Notes: generated by a model not told the origin, from the letters alone. Counted from the first letter of the whole stretch, positions 14,101 to 27,747 are shown. The stretch is 60,838 bases of DNA, filler included, from Basidiobolus ranarum (GCA_040143965.1; 11 parts of 11 records of this genome joined end to end with filler, not necessarily neighbours in it); one strand, 5' to 3'. Translations and numbers: made by a program.

Positions 14101-14788
14101 GATAAAGATGCGAAATACGTTCAAAAAATGCTAGATTATGTTGAGAATACCTTCAACTTGGATAAATTTTTGCATTTCTTCCACTTTTCATGTAGGTAAT
14201 AGTTATCTCCCTCCGTCGTGGTCACAAGGAGATGCTTTCCCGTAGGGTCGAAGAAGATTTTATGTACTTTGTTGTCAGGGGTACGACGAGGCAATTCAAT
14301 ATCTAGTTGGTTTAACGAGTGAAATGATAAGTAGTTAAGAAATAAATCAGAAGCTAAATTCCAACACTTTGCTTCATACCTTCTACATCATGAGCTTCTT
14401 GCAAGTTTATTCTTAGAATGTGATTGTTCTCCAAAGCCATCACAAGGATATTGTTTGAAACCTGGACTGAGATGAGGGGAGCAGGAAGTTGAAATTGTAC
14501 CCTATCCAAAGCAAATATATCCGCTTCCTCTACTTTATCGATCCCAGCACTAACAAAACCAGTACCTAACTATAAATAGAAGGATTACCTTAGAAAATGT
14601 TCATCTGTTATCTCATATCGAAGATTCATGAACTTGGATGTACTAACCAGAGCCGGTACAGAATTTTCAAATCCGAAGTTGTCATTATCTTCTGAAATCG
14701 GTATATGTGACTCCTGTAGAGAAGAACTAAGTTGTGGTCGGATTGCCTGGGATTCGTTATGTTCGATAAAGTCATCGATTAAAGACAT
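11108..14788 (-). CDS. VPS18: HOPS/CORVET subunit Vps18/Pep3, multi-exon, 3' truncated
   Basis: MSLIDDFIE...; IFFDPTGKHLLVT; SFEEVVLKF; WLVEIYLNKLN; YALRLC; KIEDILPFFPDFTHIDDFK. Confidence 0.95.
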
Positions 14789-15271
14789 GTCATAAATTAG
14801 ATGCGGCTAAGAAACGTTAAAGAAATGTATAAACTCCGAAAGTCAAGCAAGGTTTCTGACTAGACGAGATTTACAATGGTATCGTTACTAAGATGAGCAA
14901 TTTAGCATGACCGCCTAATCAAATGATACCACTGATTTGTTCTTACTCTGGAGATGATGATTCTGTACAATCTAGAATAAGCTGATCAAAAATCATGCAT
15001 TCGTATCAACTTATTTTGTATACGTATTTATATTACAACTCCTATGAAATCATCACCATTTAAACATCTTGAGCAGGAATTAACTCCCAGAAATTGTATA
15101 TATCAATAGATTAAGTTCACGAATTGTATGCGTAAACAAAATAAAACTAAACATGGTTGATTTTTATTTATCAGCTTTTGCGAACACTGAGCTCAGCAAA
15201 CAAATATCTGAAAGTGTGTAGGAAAATGAGTAATGCCGAGTGTTTTCTTTGTGACTCTGAACCAAGTACTT

Positions 15272-15827
15272 CTACTCGCCAAACAGCCTTTGGACACGTT
15301 TGAGTACGGAATCTTTGGAAGGATCTAATCAGAAGTAATAAGTTTTTTAGTTCAACCGGAAGTCAAACAGAAATTCCTAAGCTCAAATACTAACCGTATG
15401 GTTGGTCCTTGGAAGGAACTTCAAGTACAGCGGGAAAAGCCTGATCGTGGTTATCAATAAGCTCGCGAATATCTTCAGCAACATGTTGGTTGATCAAAAC
15501 AATGGCTATGTCCTTACGGCGAGTATATTCCAAGAAAGCCTCCTCAATAGAAGCCAGAGTGGTTTCTTAGGAACAATTGCATTTAGACAACGATTAAAAG
15601 CCGATATATATCAACTAAAAGGAGGCTTACTAGCAGTAACTACTAAGAAATTGGATTTCTGTCTGGAATCTATGTGGCCCACACCCGCCAAGAGAAGACC
15701 GGTGACGGTGTCCTGTTGCAAAGCTGAGCATAAATACAACCACAGGGATAAATATATACATAGAAATACATACCTCGTCACCGATGACAGCAATGAAGTT
15801 ACGGTCCTTGTATTGATTCACAGCCAT
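15272..15827 (-). CDS. VMA7: V-ATPase V1 subunit F, 4 exons
   Basis: [30 protein letters not shown]...[15 protein letters not shown]...[27 protein letters not shown]. Confidence 0.97.
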
Positions 15828-16190
15828 GGTAATGAAAACAGGGAACCTTGTGGTGACCAAAAGTTTAAGCTTAGATGAAGATAATGAATTTAGGCCCAGG
15901 AAAAAGGGGTCTTTTTAATTAACTCTCGACTCGGATTCCTGAATCTTGATATTCTGGATTAAGGAAATTATTGAAAAATGACTGACTTCAATTGTAGAAG
16001 TTCACTCAATCAGGTACTTATAATATTGGTGAGGAACAAGATTTCCTTTGAGAATTGGTGGCAAAAATTGTTCATGTAGCTGCTCTTCTTACTCTCTTCC
16101 AACACTGCATTCATCATTGATTTTCTGTCCATATGCCACTCATTCCCCTGACTCAATTCGTTTGCACTACTTTTTATCTCATGAGATAAA

Positions 16191-16505
16191 TGTTGAAATT
16201 ACCATAGCCTAAACACCTATATAGTCATATATACCTTAGTATTTAGTTATTCCATATTGAGCTAAGATATTACTCACTATTCTCAAGAGGAACTTTCTTA
16301 GAACATTTTGAAAACTTGTCCTAGGGAACCCAAACTTTGCACACATGTTCCTGGGACCTTTCTTAATATATTCTACATTCTTTTTTGTCTACTACTTGAC
16401 AAAACTATAAATGTCAACTTTCCACTCAATCAATAAATAGGTGAAAACCACCAATTCTTCTATTTCTCCAAACCACTTCCAACAAACTCCCAAAATACTT
16501 CAACA
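16191..16505 (+). repeat. Solo LTR, family B (315 bp)
   Basis: 7-bp inverted termini TGTTGAA...TTCAACA; flanks ATAAA / ATAGA (5-bp TSD with one mismatch); homologous to four other copies in the window. Confidence 0.88.
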
Positions 16506-16656
16506 ATAGATATAAGAACAAGTGCCATGCAATTAGTGAGGTTGAATGAATATGAGNNNNNNNNNNNNNNNNNNNNNNNNNNNNNNNNNNNNNNNNNNNN
16601 TTAATTAATTAANNNNNNNNNNNNNNNNNNNNNNNNNNNNNNNNNNNNNNNNNNNN

Positions 16657-16892
16657 GTAAGCAAATTAACATGTAGAATGTGTTCAAAAAGGTCCCAGGA
16701 ACATGTGTGCAAATGTTGGGGCTTCTAGCACAAGTTTGAAAAATCTATATATCTGAGAACTTCTAAGTTGGTGTCAATATTCTAAATAAATTCCGATTGA
16801 CAATAATGGATAATATCTTAGTGAAATATAAGGTAACTAAGTACTAAGCTATATATGACTATATAGGTGTTTAGGCAATGCTAATTTTAACA
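16657..16892 (-). repeat. LTR family B (partial, contig edge)
   Basis: Reverse complement begins TGTTAAAATTAGCATTGCCTAAACACCTATATAGTC. Confidence 0.87.
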
Positions 16893-17976
16893 AAATATGA
16901 ATACTTCAGTCCCTAAGTCCAATACTTCAAAAAGCATAAATTAAATAGCCTCAACAATGTCCGAGGTATTTGAGATTGAAGGTGTTAAATATAGTTGGAA
17001 GAAATATGTAATTCGCAAATTGAAATATGTTCCGTTACGATCTTGACTTATGAAATCCGTAACTGCTCTACAGCTCTGGAAAAGCCTCTGCTAGGAGTCA
17101 TAACCATTGCAGGTATGAATACCCCAAGAAGTACAAATCTCATGCTTCTCCTAATTACTCAAAGAGCTTGTGTAAATTCCTACTACAGATAGAGTATATT
17201 GAAGTCCAAAACCTCCTTAAGCTTGGCAAGTACTTCTCGTTACTAGATTTTAGAAGAATTAATATAGAGCAATTGATATCGAAACCAATAATAGGTGAAT
17301 TTGGTCTTAATGTGATACCCAGTCGAGTCAGGTAATATCGAGTATGTATGATTGATTGTAATGCTTTGAAAGGGTAGGATAGGGTAAGGGTGAGGGTTGG
17401 AGAAGTGGTATATTAGTATAAGTGGTAAAAAATCAATTTAGGTAGAATTGACGGTAAGTAGAGGGTGGAATCGATGGTAAATGTTGGAAATATATCACCT
17501 ATATATATAACAATCATATGGAGCCCAATAAAGCTAGATTATAAATGGATTATTTTCTTAGATTTAAGCTCGTGTTACCGGCTAATTAGATTGAGACATG
17601 GATGCCGATGAGTAAAAAACGAGATAGGAACACGATATTGCGAGATATGGTGTTTCATATCAAATATGGACTTGCACACTTGAAACTCAATGTTAAAAAG
17701 CCTTTACAAGGAGTTATATTAGCCCAAGTGTTCAACATCGCCTAACCCCAAACCACAACAATATTCCCATAAGGCTGTCACTGATCACGAGATTTTAACT
17801 CAATTTGAATAAGTTCTCTATTTTTCGTTAACTTCTATGGAGATATCAAAATACAAACCTATTTCGTTTCCGTACACCACACCACACCTTCCTCTTTCGG
17901 TGACTTGAGCTTCGCTTGATATTTCACTAAGACTTTCTCTTGTCATATTTTATACATTTATTGTATTTTTTCAAGT

Positions 17977-20526
17977 ATGAATACGACTACTTCTTCCGAG
18001 TCGCTTGATCTCTCCAAGACTGTCAAGAGAAAACGCTTAACACAAGCTTGTGATACATGTCGAAAAAAGAAAGTCAAATGTGATGGAAACCGTCCAAGTT
18101 GTTCAAACTGTATTCGAATTAAAGTCAACTGTGCATATTTACCTAGCTTGAAGAAACGTGGTCCAAGACAAGGGCAAATCGAACGAGTAGAGAATGTTTC
18201 AAACAAAATCTCCGAGTATAGAGGTATCTATGGTGTCGAATTTACCAACTCCCATCAGATGAACGAATCTACAAAACCTATCGAACTGAAACCAGCAGTT
18301 AGAGAAAAACACTCAGCTAGTTACATAGGAAAATTCCCCAGGGTTTCAAATAACCCGCAAGACTTATTTTTATCACAAATTAATATACCTCAATGTAGCA
18401 AGGTTAGAGGGAATTTTGCTTCTCTACACGGACAGCCAAGTAATCAGGGTCAAAGTCCTGGTTTAGGTCATTCCTCCAACAGTAGTACGCAGAGCGAGGA
18501 GGATGCGGTGCGAGAAAAGGTTGAACAAGTATGGTCACATTCTTACTTGGGAAATACCTCAGGTCTTAGTGGAATTACCCCTAGCAGCTCAAAAGAAGGA
18601 ACACCGTCTCCACAACAGCACTCTAACGCTAACAACCTACTGGGCGCAACTTCACTCCCCCCAGCAGAAATTACGGAGCATTTGCTCTCGGTTTATTTTA
18701 GCACCATTCATCCACAAATGCCTTTCATTCATAAGCCCACTTTCTACACAAAACTCCAAAACGGAGAAGTTCCACCTATTTTAATCTTAAGTATATGCGC
18801 TTGTGTCTCCCGGTTTTCAAACCATCCGGGTATCCTGGCCGACCCCACCACTAGAAGTGGTGAAGTATTTTCGAATCGTTTCCGCAACATTCTTCTCAAG
18901 TGCCTTGATGAACCCAATGTCTTCACTACAGAAGCTTTGTTGATCGGATCTTACTATGAATATATGAATGCACGGTATCCTAGAGCCTGGATGTATCTAG
19001 GAATGGCGATTAGGTAAGTTGGAACAACTTTTACAGGCAGAATGTTGTCTTTGACCGCATTTGTAGCTAATCTTAACACATCAATATTGTTACTTGACAG
19101 AATGGCACAAGAACTAGGTATCAATCGGGTTGATGAGAACGAAGCTCCATCAGATCAATCACCGAGTGATTGGGTGGAGATCGAGACACAACGTCGACTC
19201 TGGTGGTCCTGTTTCATTCGAGATAGAATTGGCAGTACGGGAACAGGACGTCCCATGGCCATTGACGAACAGGATAGTAGAGTTTTACTCCCAAGCTTTG
19301 ACTCAGACTGGGAGAATGCAAGGCCGATGTCAGGTGAACCATTAGAAATAACGAGTCAAAGAAATCGTAGCTATTCAACATCTTCCCTCTCTAAAAAATT
19401 GGCCAGTCCTTGGTCCATCTTCATTCGATTAGCTGCACTTATGGGAAAAGCCTCTCAATTTGTCAATAGCCCCAAAGACTGTCGTGAAAATTCGGCAGAA
19501 AGTGATTCCAAATTTGCATTCTTAGATTCGGCATTAACCTCCTGGTCCATGTCCTTACCGCACAATTTGCAGTATTCAAGTAACCTGTTGACGGAGAAAT
19601 CGCCGGCAGCATACGCCCAGACGGCTTTTCTTTGCACTCTCCATATAATGTACCACACTTCCATCATTCTATTGCACCGATCAAGTCTTGATCGAGTTGA
19701 AAATCAACCTATTTATTCTGCTGCCACTAGCTTTGCTTCCGAATCATTAGAAAGATGTATCTCTTCAGCGAATGCCATCAGCGCTATCATCGAAGATTTT
19801 GACAAATTCCCCGCTTGCTACAACTACCCCCATATTTGTTTTTGCATTTTCAACGGTGGCACTATTCACATCCACGTTCTATTCTCTAGTAAGAATGCGG
19901 AAGAGATAGCAGATGCAAAAACCAAGCTTGAGATTCACTACCAAGTACTTCAACGACTTAAATCGGTTTGGATAATGGCGGAAAAGTACTGTGCTATTCT
20001 TAAAAGAATCGTGGCACTAGGAGATCGGCCGACAATGATTTCACTCAACACGAATTCTCTTGTTCAAGAGCTCAATCAGAATGCCATGCAGGTAGGATAT
20101 GCACTCGAACAACCACTTTATCAAGTCCCCAAGGACTCAATCTTAAATAGAAGGAGTCAACAAAACAAAACCGAAGACTTCTCACTCTCTCCCAACAGTA
20201 TCCCCAATGGCTTCCAAATGATCCCTGATCTCCACAGTCCGAGTATTCGTATCGCAGATGGCTCTACTGACTTCTCTGTGGGCTTTCAAAATCTGCTGGA
20301 TCTACCAATAGCCCAAGGAAATTCATTCTTTGATACACTCTTTGAGGATGTAACGGGCGATCCATTAGATTCTAGCCAGACGAGCAATCTACTCACGCAG
20401 ATATACAATCAACAAATGATACAACCTAGCCTTGACCTTGTTGTCCACGAACGTCAATCCTTATCGCAAAGCAACAGAAATGGAAGCGAAAGTGGTATGC
20501 AAAGTGTATGGAGTATCATGAGATAA
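17977..20526 (+). CDS. Zn(II)2Cys6 transcription factor with Fungal_trans middle homology region; intron 19014..19100
   Basis: ACDTCRKKKVKCDGNRPSCSNCIRIKVNCAY; YFSTIHPQMPFIH; AWMYLGMAIR|MAQELG; RRLWWSCFIRDR. Confidence 0.96.
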
Positions 20527-21834
20527 CAACATTCATTTACTTTGGGCCCTTTGCATCATATCAGTTATCTCTATGTAAATAGCATTCCAGACATAGATTA
20601 TTTTAATTGAGATCCATATAAACATTTGATGAAAACTAAGCAATTTACCCTTCATATCAACACATTCAAGAGACTGGATTATCTAAATCAGCAACCATTG
20701 GTCTATTTCTGGCCATCATGAACTAATTCATGTACTAATATGATGATATGGAGTAAAGAAATCAATATTGTATACTGCGATGGACCGGATCAGTGGGAAA
20801 ATTGATTTCGGTAATGTTGACTATTTCCAAGAAGGAAGGAATGCAACCCGACAATAGAATGAAACCCGACCACGAAACCCGGCTGCACGAACCCAACATG
20901 TATATATATGGAATAAAGCTCGATCTATACATCCATATTTGATGCCCGGAAATTTCCCTTTATCATAAAAGTAGGATTACCTCATGTTCAATCATTCTAT
21001 ATATGTCATGTTGAAGCAATACTAACCAAATTTCTGAAATTAGCCAGCTTATGTTTCTTCCTCGGTGTTGCTCTCTCGGGTATGTTCTTATGGTCATGAC
21101 TCACATCACGAGGAGCTTCATCTCCAAATTAGGTTCCAACTATTCCGGTTATTCCTAATTAAGTGATAAGGTGAGGTGAAAAGTGACTACCATAGAGGGT
21201 AGCCCTTCGGGGTAAAAATAATGGCTATTTTTAACTTGTAAATTTACCACAACCAATAACTCGGTATGGACTTGAACTTTTTGGATTTGCAACTACCGGT
21301 ACTGGGAGGATTCCGAGTTTGAAAATTACCACAACATAGTTTGAGTGCTTTTCTGCAAACCTAGAGTATACTATTAATGAGGACGAAGGAGCAAAATTCC
21401 ACTCAAAAAATTGGTTATTCAGAGAGTGGCTTTTCAATATTTTAAAAAAATATTGAGATTTATTATAACGTTTGATATATTATGGTTTTATTTGACAGCA
21501 CTAATCACGAATCATTGATTTAAACCGGTGAATAATTTCTTCGGCGAGGTCACTACTTGACGCATATCTTGAGGACAGGCATATCGGACCAAGTGTCCCT
21601 AGCTTTGCTTAATTTAACTATCTTGAATATATGTTTAGATAATTTACGATATGCATGGGTCAAATATATATTTAGCATTGGTGGATTTCCAAAATTCATA
21701 ATAAGGGTAATTTAATCTTTTATCGACTATTATAGGTATATTCATACTAGAATATGTATATATTACGTAACCACATGATTAAACCTGTAATATTTATATA
21801 GGCTTTCTCTTTCGCCACAAATCATTATACGAAC

Positions 21835-22103
21835 ATGACCAACAAAACTGAAAAAGAGAAGGCTTTAGCTGGTGAGTTTTATATTGCTTCTGACCCGGAG
21901 CTCGTCGAAGACCGCTTGAAAGCACGAAAGTTTGCACGTAAATTTAACACATCCGAACCGGAAAATATCGAAGAACGTCAGCAACTTCTTAAGGAGAATC
22001 TAGGAACCTTTTCTGAAGGGGCTTATATAGAACCACCATTCAATGTCGATTATGTAAGAGAATTCTCTTTATTGATTCTGGATAGCCTTTGCTAAACATG
22101 GTT
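21835..22103 (+). CDS. Maltose/galactoside O-acetyltransferase-like protein (Mac domain), first exon, 3' truncated
   Basis: TEKEKALAGEFY..SDPELVEDR...YIEPPFNVDY followed by a GTAAG donor at 22054. Confidence 0.9.
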
Positions 22104-22203
22104 NNNNNNNNNNNNNNNNNNNNNNNNNNNNNNNNNNNNNNNNNNNNTTAATTAATTAANNNNNNNNNNNNNNNNNNNNNNNNNNNNNNNNNNNNNNNNN
22201 NNN

Positions 22204-23365
22204 CCAACATTTCAACATACCTATCTGATGTTATATTGTAGAAGAGTCGGCCTTGGAGGCCCCGGGGATTGAGAACAGTGGTGCTTACCTATAAATACGG
22301 TTGCAATAAATTTAACGAGCAATCCTTCTTTGAAATAGTGATTTTTGTATACCTCTCCCCAACAAGCACCAGAAAATGTATGTCTTAAAGTTCCAGTCAA
22401 ATTTCCACCTCCAAAGGAATTACGAGATAGCATGGTTGCAGTGACTCCGGCTTGGGTTTGCTCAAATATATTGGTCTAACCATTGTAAGTAAGTATATAT
22501 CTGATAGTAGTCAGCGTTTCGATTACCGTACCTGGAGTGTATGTTTCATATACAATTGTGAAACACCACACTGCTTAAATCTGCCCAACAACGAGGGATC
22601 ACGATATGGACCAGGTTGGAAGGCAAACAGAGGAGTAGCGTTAGCTTGTACAGAGATTTCGCTCTAATCAGTCAAATAGTGGGTTTAATAATGGCCCATG
22701 AAAAGTAATAAATTATCAGTTTCTTGGTATACCTTCACTTTAATCAAACTCTCAATCTCCTCTTCACGTTTTTTCCGGTTCATTTTCTCTTCTTCTTCTT
22801 CCATCTAGATAACAACATATATTACGAGATTTAGAATAAGGTTAATGAAATCTTAGTAAATAAAGCATCTTACCTCTTTTTTATCGTTGACATTTGTTCC
22901 AGATTCGGAATTGTACTTGAGTCCTTCTTCGCCATACTGATCATAAGAAGTACGTTTGGAAGGGTCGGTAAGGACTTCAAATAAAATAAGTCTCAAGTTT
23001 TTAAATCAAGTCAGAAAATTACATTTAAAATTTACCTTCGTAAGCTTTCTGAATTATTTGAAATCTTGACTGAGCAATTTGCTGTAGTTCAGGATCGGTA
23101 TGCTTATCAGGATGGAATGTACGACATAATTTACGATATGAATCCTTGATTTCCTCTTCAGTAGCCTAACGATGTACTCAGTTAATATTCAATCTACTTT
23201 TCTTTAGAATATAATGAACTCACATACTCGACGTGTAACGTTAAGAATACCGTAGTAGTCCTCTTTAGGAACTTGAAGGTTGTTTTCAAGTTCCTTCAAG
23301 TCAACCTCTTCCGGTTCTTCCTCAAATGCAAGATGTGCCTCTTCAGAGGGAAGATATGGGTCCAT
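22204..23365 (-). CDS. DNAJC11: J-domain protein, DNAJC11-like, multi-exon, 3' truncated
   Basis: DYYGILNV..ATEEEIKDSYRKLCRTFHPDKH..AYE|VLTDPSKRTSYDQYGEEG; downstream GGGNLTGTLRH segment typical of DNAJC11. Confidence 0.85.
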
Positions 23366-23905
23366 GGTTAGCAAACTATTCGTCTATGCTGTATGACTGA
23401 CAAAACTTATTTCACTGTACTAAATTTTAGGACTTTCCACCTGACCAATAAAATATTGATTTAAATAAGGTTGGGTTCATCAATAAATTGAGTAAAATCA
23501 TCAATTCGTTAATCAAAGGCAACTGAAGTCTAAGTGGATGGTTAAGTAGTAATTAAGTTGTTGATTCATCGACTCGTTCAAAATTTTGGCTTTACATATA
23601 GATTAAATGCTACGGTAGATCGGGAATACGGTACAAGTAAAATCCATCCAAGGTACAATTATTGTGATATATACTATTAAAAAGATCATTTATAACTGGT
23701 GGCTATTTGGCTTTCAAAACACCAAGTCGACCATGCATGCATAAAATTTTATTAAGAATTATATGTGAAGCTCTGTAAAATCCATTGAATATCATTGTTA
23801 GACTGGTGACTTTTGCAAGCCAGTTTATTCATCAAAATAGATGATATGCTGTGTGAGTGAAATGATATAGAGAAACAAAGGTCTAGAAAGTAGAGGTGTC
23901 AAAAA

Positions 23906-24367
23906 TTATAAAGCACGGCAAAGAATCTCGCCACCGGCATTCTTGGCAACGGCTTCATGAAGTTCTAGAACACCATATGGTGTAGTGACAATCATGATTT
24001 CACCAGGTTGAAGAGGCTTAAGCATACCTGCACGTTTTCCACCGGCAAGGAGCTTTAGTTCATCTAATTGAGCTCTGATCTTACGAGAAGGTTTGCTAAC
24101 ACACTGAATTTGTCTAAGAACAGGTTGGTTGTCTTTATATTTAAGGTCAAGCCAAAGTCTGCGGGAGGCAATGTTTTCGCTGGTAAGGGGTACATAAGTT
24201 TCATTAGGTCCGGTATAGTCACCACGTACAACACCAGAAACAAAGCCTTGGTTATAGAGAATTCGGGAAATGGCAAGGTTCATTTTTGTGTCAGGAAGGG
24301 AAATTTGCTTCAAGCGAGCTCTGAAGCCATTTTGAATGGCAGAGCAAACATCATGGACACGGGGCAT
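23906..24367 (-). CDS. MRPS8: Mitochondrial ribosomal protein uS8m, intronless
   Basis: MPRVHDVCSAIQNG...RRLWLDLKY...VSKPSRKI...GGEILCRAL; the likely start is the ATG at 24367, not the upstream TTG. Confidence 0.93.
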   Translation of the reverse strand: MPRVHDVCSAIQNGFRARLKQISLPDTKMNLAISRILYNQGFVSGVVRGDYTGPNETYVPLTSENIASRRLWLDLKYKDNQPVLRQIQCVSKPSRKIRAQLDELKLLAGGKRAGMLKPLQPGEIMIVTTPYGVLELHEAVAKNAGGEILCRAL

Positions 24368-25088
24368 TGTATATAGGAGTAGTGAACTGACGAAGTGACC
24401 AAAGTTTGAGAAGAAATAGACTAGTTCAACCAACGAAGTAGTCCGAGTAAATCAAGCTACTTTCTCTTGAAGGGTAATCGAAATTTTCGCGAAAAATTTC
24501 CAGCTAATTCCCCTTCTCCCCAAGTTAGGATCAGATAGCTCACTCATGAAAAGTCAACTATATCCCTTGGAGATTATTGGATACTGGCTAAATACTCCTT
24601 AAGTTGTCGCTATTAAATGGTCCCAAAATATGACCTTTTAGTTATAACCTGGGCCAACACAAACTTTTTATTATCGGAATGCTACTCTTGAGTTGCACTA
24701 AATAAATTTAAAAAATATTGAAATTCCCATCAGAGCACAATTAGATATTAAAATCAAAATACACAAATATTAGGTGAGTTTGAATTAGTCAATTCAAATA
24801 ATACAAGCAGACTCCTTTCCCTTCAACTGCAGGACTTAATCGTTTCAAAATAGAAACCACCTGTTGTTCTTGTAGGCTTCTTTGTTTTCTTTTTCTGGTA
24901 TTATTTGCACCATTTTTCGTGTTCGTAACCAGAGAACATTGCTCGCGTTACACATAAGAAGTGCATAGAGCTGACACCATTTGCTCGTGTCTCTTGGCTT
25001 GCTCCATAACTTTCCTTAGAACTTTCAATCGTGTTTATGTTCTTTATCAGTTTCTTATCAATTCCGTACATCAACCATACGATACTGC

Positions 25089-27647
25089 ATGCCTCAAGAA
25101 GTACCAGGTTGGAATTGTTTTTTTGTCACTTTAATATTTACTTTCTCAACTTAACGTTTCACTTGAACCAACTTTGATTATACTGTTCGAATATTATATT
25201 TCTATAATATATGTATCTACATTTTCTGACGAAATTTGTTCCCTATCTTTCCTTTTTTCCTCATCAGATTCAAAGTCTGAATATTGCTCTCTGAAACCCG
25301 TGGCTACTCATACGTCTGAACATATAACTGCATATCACCATGACGCGTCGAATGGCCATTCGCAGAGACGTGACTGGAAAGTTTTATACGACCCTTTTTT
25401 AAGCTCTTCTCAACACAGGGCCGGGAATGAAGTGATCTATCGGTTTTGTGGTGAGGTGGCACCCAAGGTTTGTATTTTCTAGTTTAACTTCTATCATCGC
25501 AATAACATTCCAAGTTAATATTTAACCTTGATGTGAATATTTGAATTTCATAGGAATCACCTATTAAATTAAGTGATCCCAGGAAATCCATGAATGCTTA
25601 TGGTCGTTCAACTTCTAGGGGTAGAAAAAAATATCTTCCTTGTTTAAAGGCGATTAAATTTGAGGTATTGAAAAGAACTTTATGACTATGGAATTTCTCC
25701 AATATTATATGCTTAATATCTTTTAAAAATAATTGAAGTACGATGGTAATTCCATCGGACCACCTCCTCCAAGCTCTGTATTCGTTTCTCAACTCTCTCT
25801 GTTAACTACTCCTGCCCACATACATACTTATTTCTCAACTTATGGTGAAGTAATTGATGTACATTTGGAAAAGAGTCCCATAACAGGTGCTAGTTTGGGA
25901 CTTGCTAAAGTGATATTTGGGAGTGGTGGAACTCAGGGAGGAGATGCGAGTACTGCTGCTAAACGCGCGGTTCACTTGGGAAATGGTCGGCGAATTGGGG
26001 ACTCTATTGTCAAAGTTGAAATGGATGAAGATGGTTAATATTCTTACTTTAATCTAATTATTAATTCAGGTGATTTAATTGATTTCAAATGACTACTTGA
26101 TGTAGGGCATAAAATGCAAGAAGCAGTTGAAAATGCTACTAAACACTTATTTCACGAAAGTAAGGAAACTTCCTCTATTATTCCTCCTGAACAACCACAC
26201 CCGTCTGGATCTAGTAGTTACCGACCTAGTGGTTCACATTATTCTCCTGCTAGAGGGTCTACTCATTCCCGATCCGGAAGTTTTACCGGTCAGTATCCAA
26301 TAGCTTCCAATTCTTCATATAGACCTGGTTCTGTCGACAAGGAGGATCCACCGCCAAGGCCACCCGTAATTGAGTACAAGCCTAATGCTACAGGTGGAGC
26401 TAGCATCGGGATGGAGGATGGTGAAATCGAAGATGACGAGGAGGGAGCAATCCCAGAGGACCACGACAATGTCAACAGTAGATTCCGTCCTCGAAATGAC
26501 TCTTTCGATCAGCGTAGTGTGACATCAGATGAGTCCAAAGTATATTCTAGGTATCCACCTACGAATGTTGGATATCCGCCACACTCGTTTATGCATGGTA
26601 GTAGTAACCCTAAAGCACAGATACGTTTATCAGAGTGGCGTGATAGACATGGAGGAGATCATTGGCATCGAGATCCAGCCGTACCTGTTCCTTCAATAAG
26701 CCCAGCTGGTCATGTAACAAGATTTATGGTAAATACTGTTCATTTTCTCCTCTTAAGCGCTGGTTTTAGAGAGAGCAAGGTACTAAAAGCAAATCATTTT
26801 AGGAATTACCTTTCGAGGGCTTGCCTGAGCTCTTCAAGCCATGCCTTACAATTTCACGTTCACACCTTCCGCACCCAGAGATATCTCTAGAGGATGTTAA
26901 GAAAAATTTTGATAGATTCACTCCAGATAAGGTAGTGTTTTGTGGAATTTCTTCCATTTGATTCAATGCCAATACCAACCGATTCTCGATAGATATATTT
27001 TGATACAAACCGTTGGTACATACAATTTTCTTCTGCTGAGCGTGCGCGGAAGTGTCAGACTGCTATGGATCAAACTAGCATCATGGGCTATAAACTGCAT
27101 TTGGCATATCAAGGAATTAAAGACGATAGCTTCTTTACTACCTCTTCACACGACAAGAAGGAGCCTACCACTGCGGTTGCTGAAAGTAATGTCCAACCTA
27201 TTGTCCCAGTTAAAGTAGAGCAACCTGTCAAGAGTCTACCCCAGAAAGACATCTACAATGAAGATATCGCAGATGAAGCGGAGCTCACTAAACGAACGAT
27301 CAAACTGCTTATCAACGACCTATGTGAAGTTTTTATGAAAGATTTGCGCAGCAGAGTTATCACCCCATTGATGTATGATTTTCTCAAACCAGAAAGTACA
27401 TCTCGACGCTCAAGCGCACGAACTGATTCACTTAATCTAAAACCGGAACCTTCTCCAGCCAAACAAAATCCGGTTGAACAAGGGAATGGATTGATTAGAA
27501 AAAGTATGCCATCAACTGGCTCAACAGTGTCGCAACCAAAATCCTCTTCAACTCAAGTTAAGAACGAAAATGACTTTACTGATATCATTAAAATCAATGC
27601 GCAAGGTAAGTTCTATCATTTATATTCGGGTCATTCGATACTTTATT
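25089..27647 (+). CDS. SET1: Histone H3K4 methyltransferase Set1, N-terminal part (RRM1, RRM2), 3' truncated
   Basis: RDWKVLYDP; PPPSSVFVSQLS...FSTYGEV..VHLEKSPITGASLGLAKV (Set1 RRM); second RRM RWYIQF; ...VFMKDLRSRV. SET domain lies beyond the contig; start exon tentative. Confidence 0.87.
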
Positions 27648-27747
27648 NNNNNNNNNNNNNNNNNNNNNNNNNNNNNNNNNNNNNNNNNNNNTTAATTAAT
27701 TAANNNNNNNNNNNNNNNNNNNNNNNNNNNNNNNNNNNNNNNNNNNN

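Noticed and set aside
15402..15878. 158-aa plus-strand ORF
   Set aside because: Antisense to the well-supported VMA7 exons and introns. The same applies to 6801..7130, 24068..24376, 43919..44200 and 53866..54117.
21199..21214. CCC-TTCG-GGG tetraloop hairpin
   Set aside because: Stem too short and no surrounding ncRNA structure.
5555..27647. Minor (U12) or non-canonical introns in the housekeeping genes
   Set aside because: The junctions I checked are ordinary GT-AG and I saw no RTATCCTT donors; not every intron was checked.
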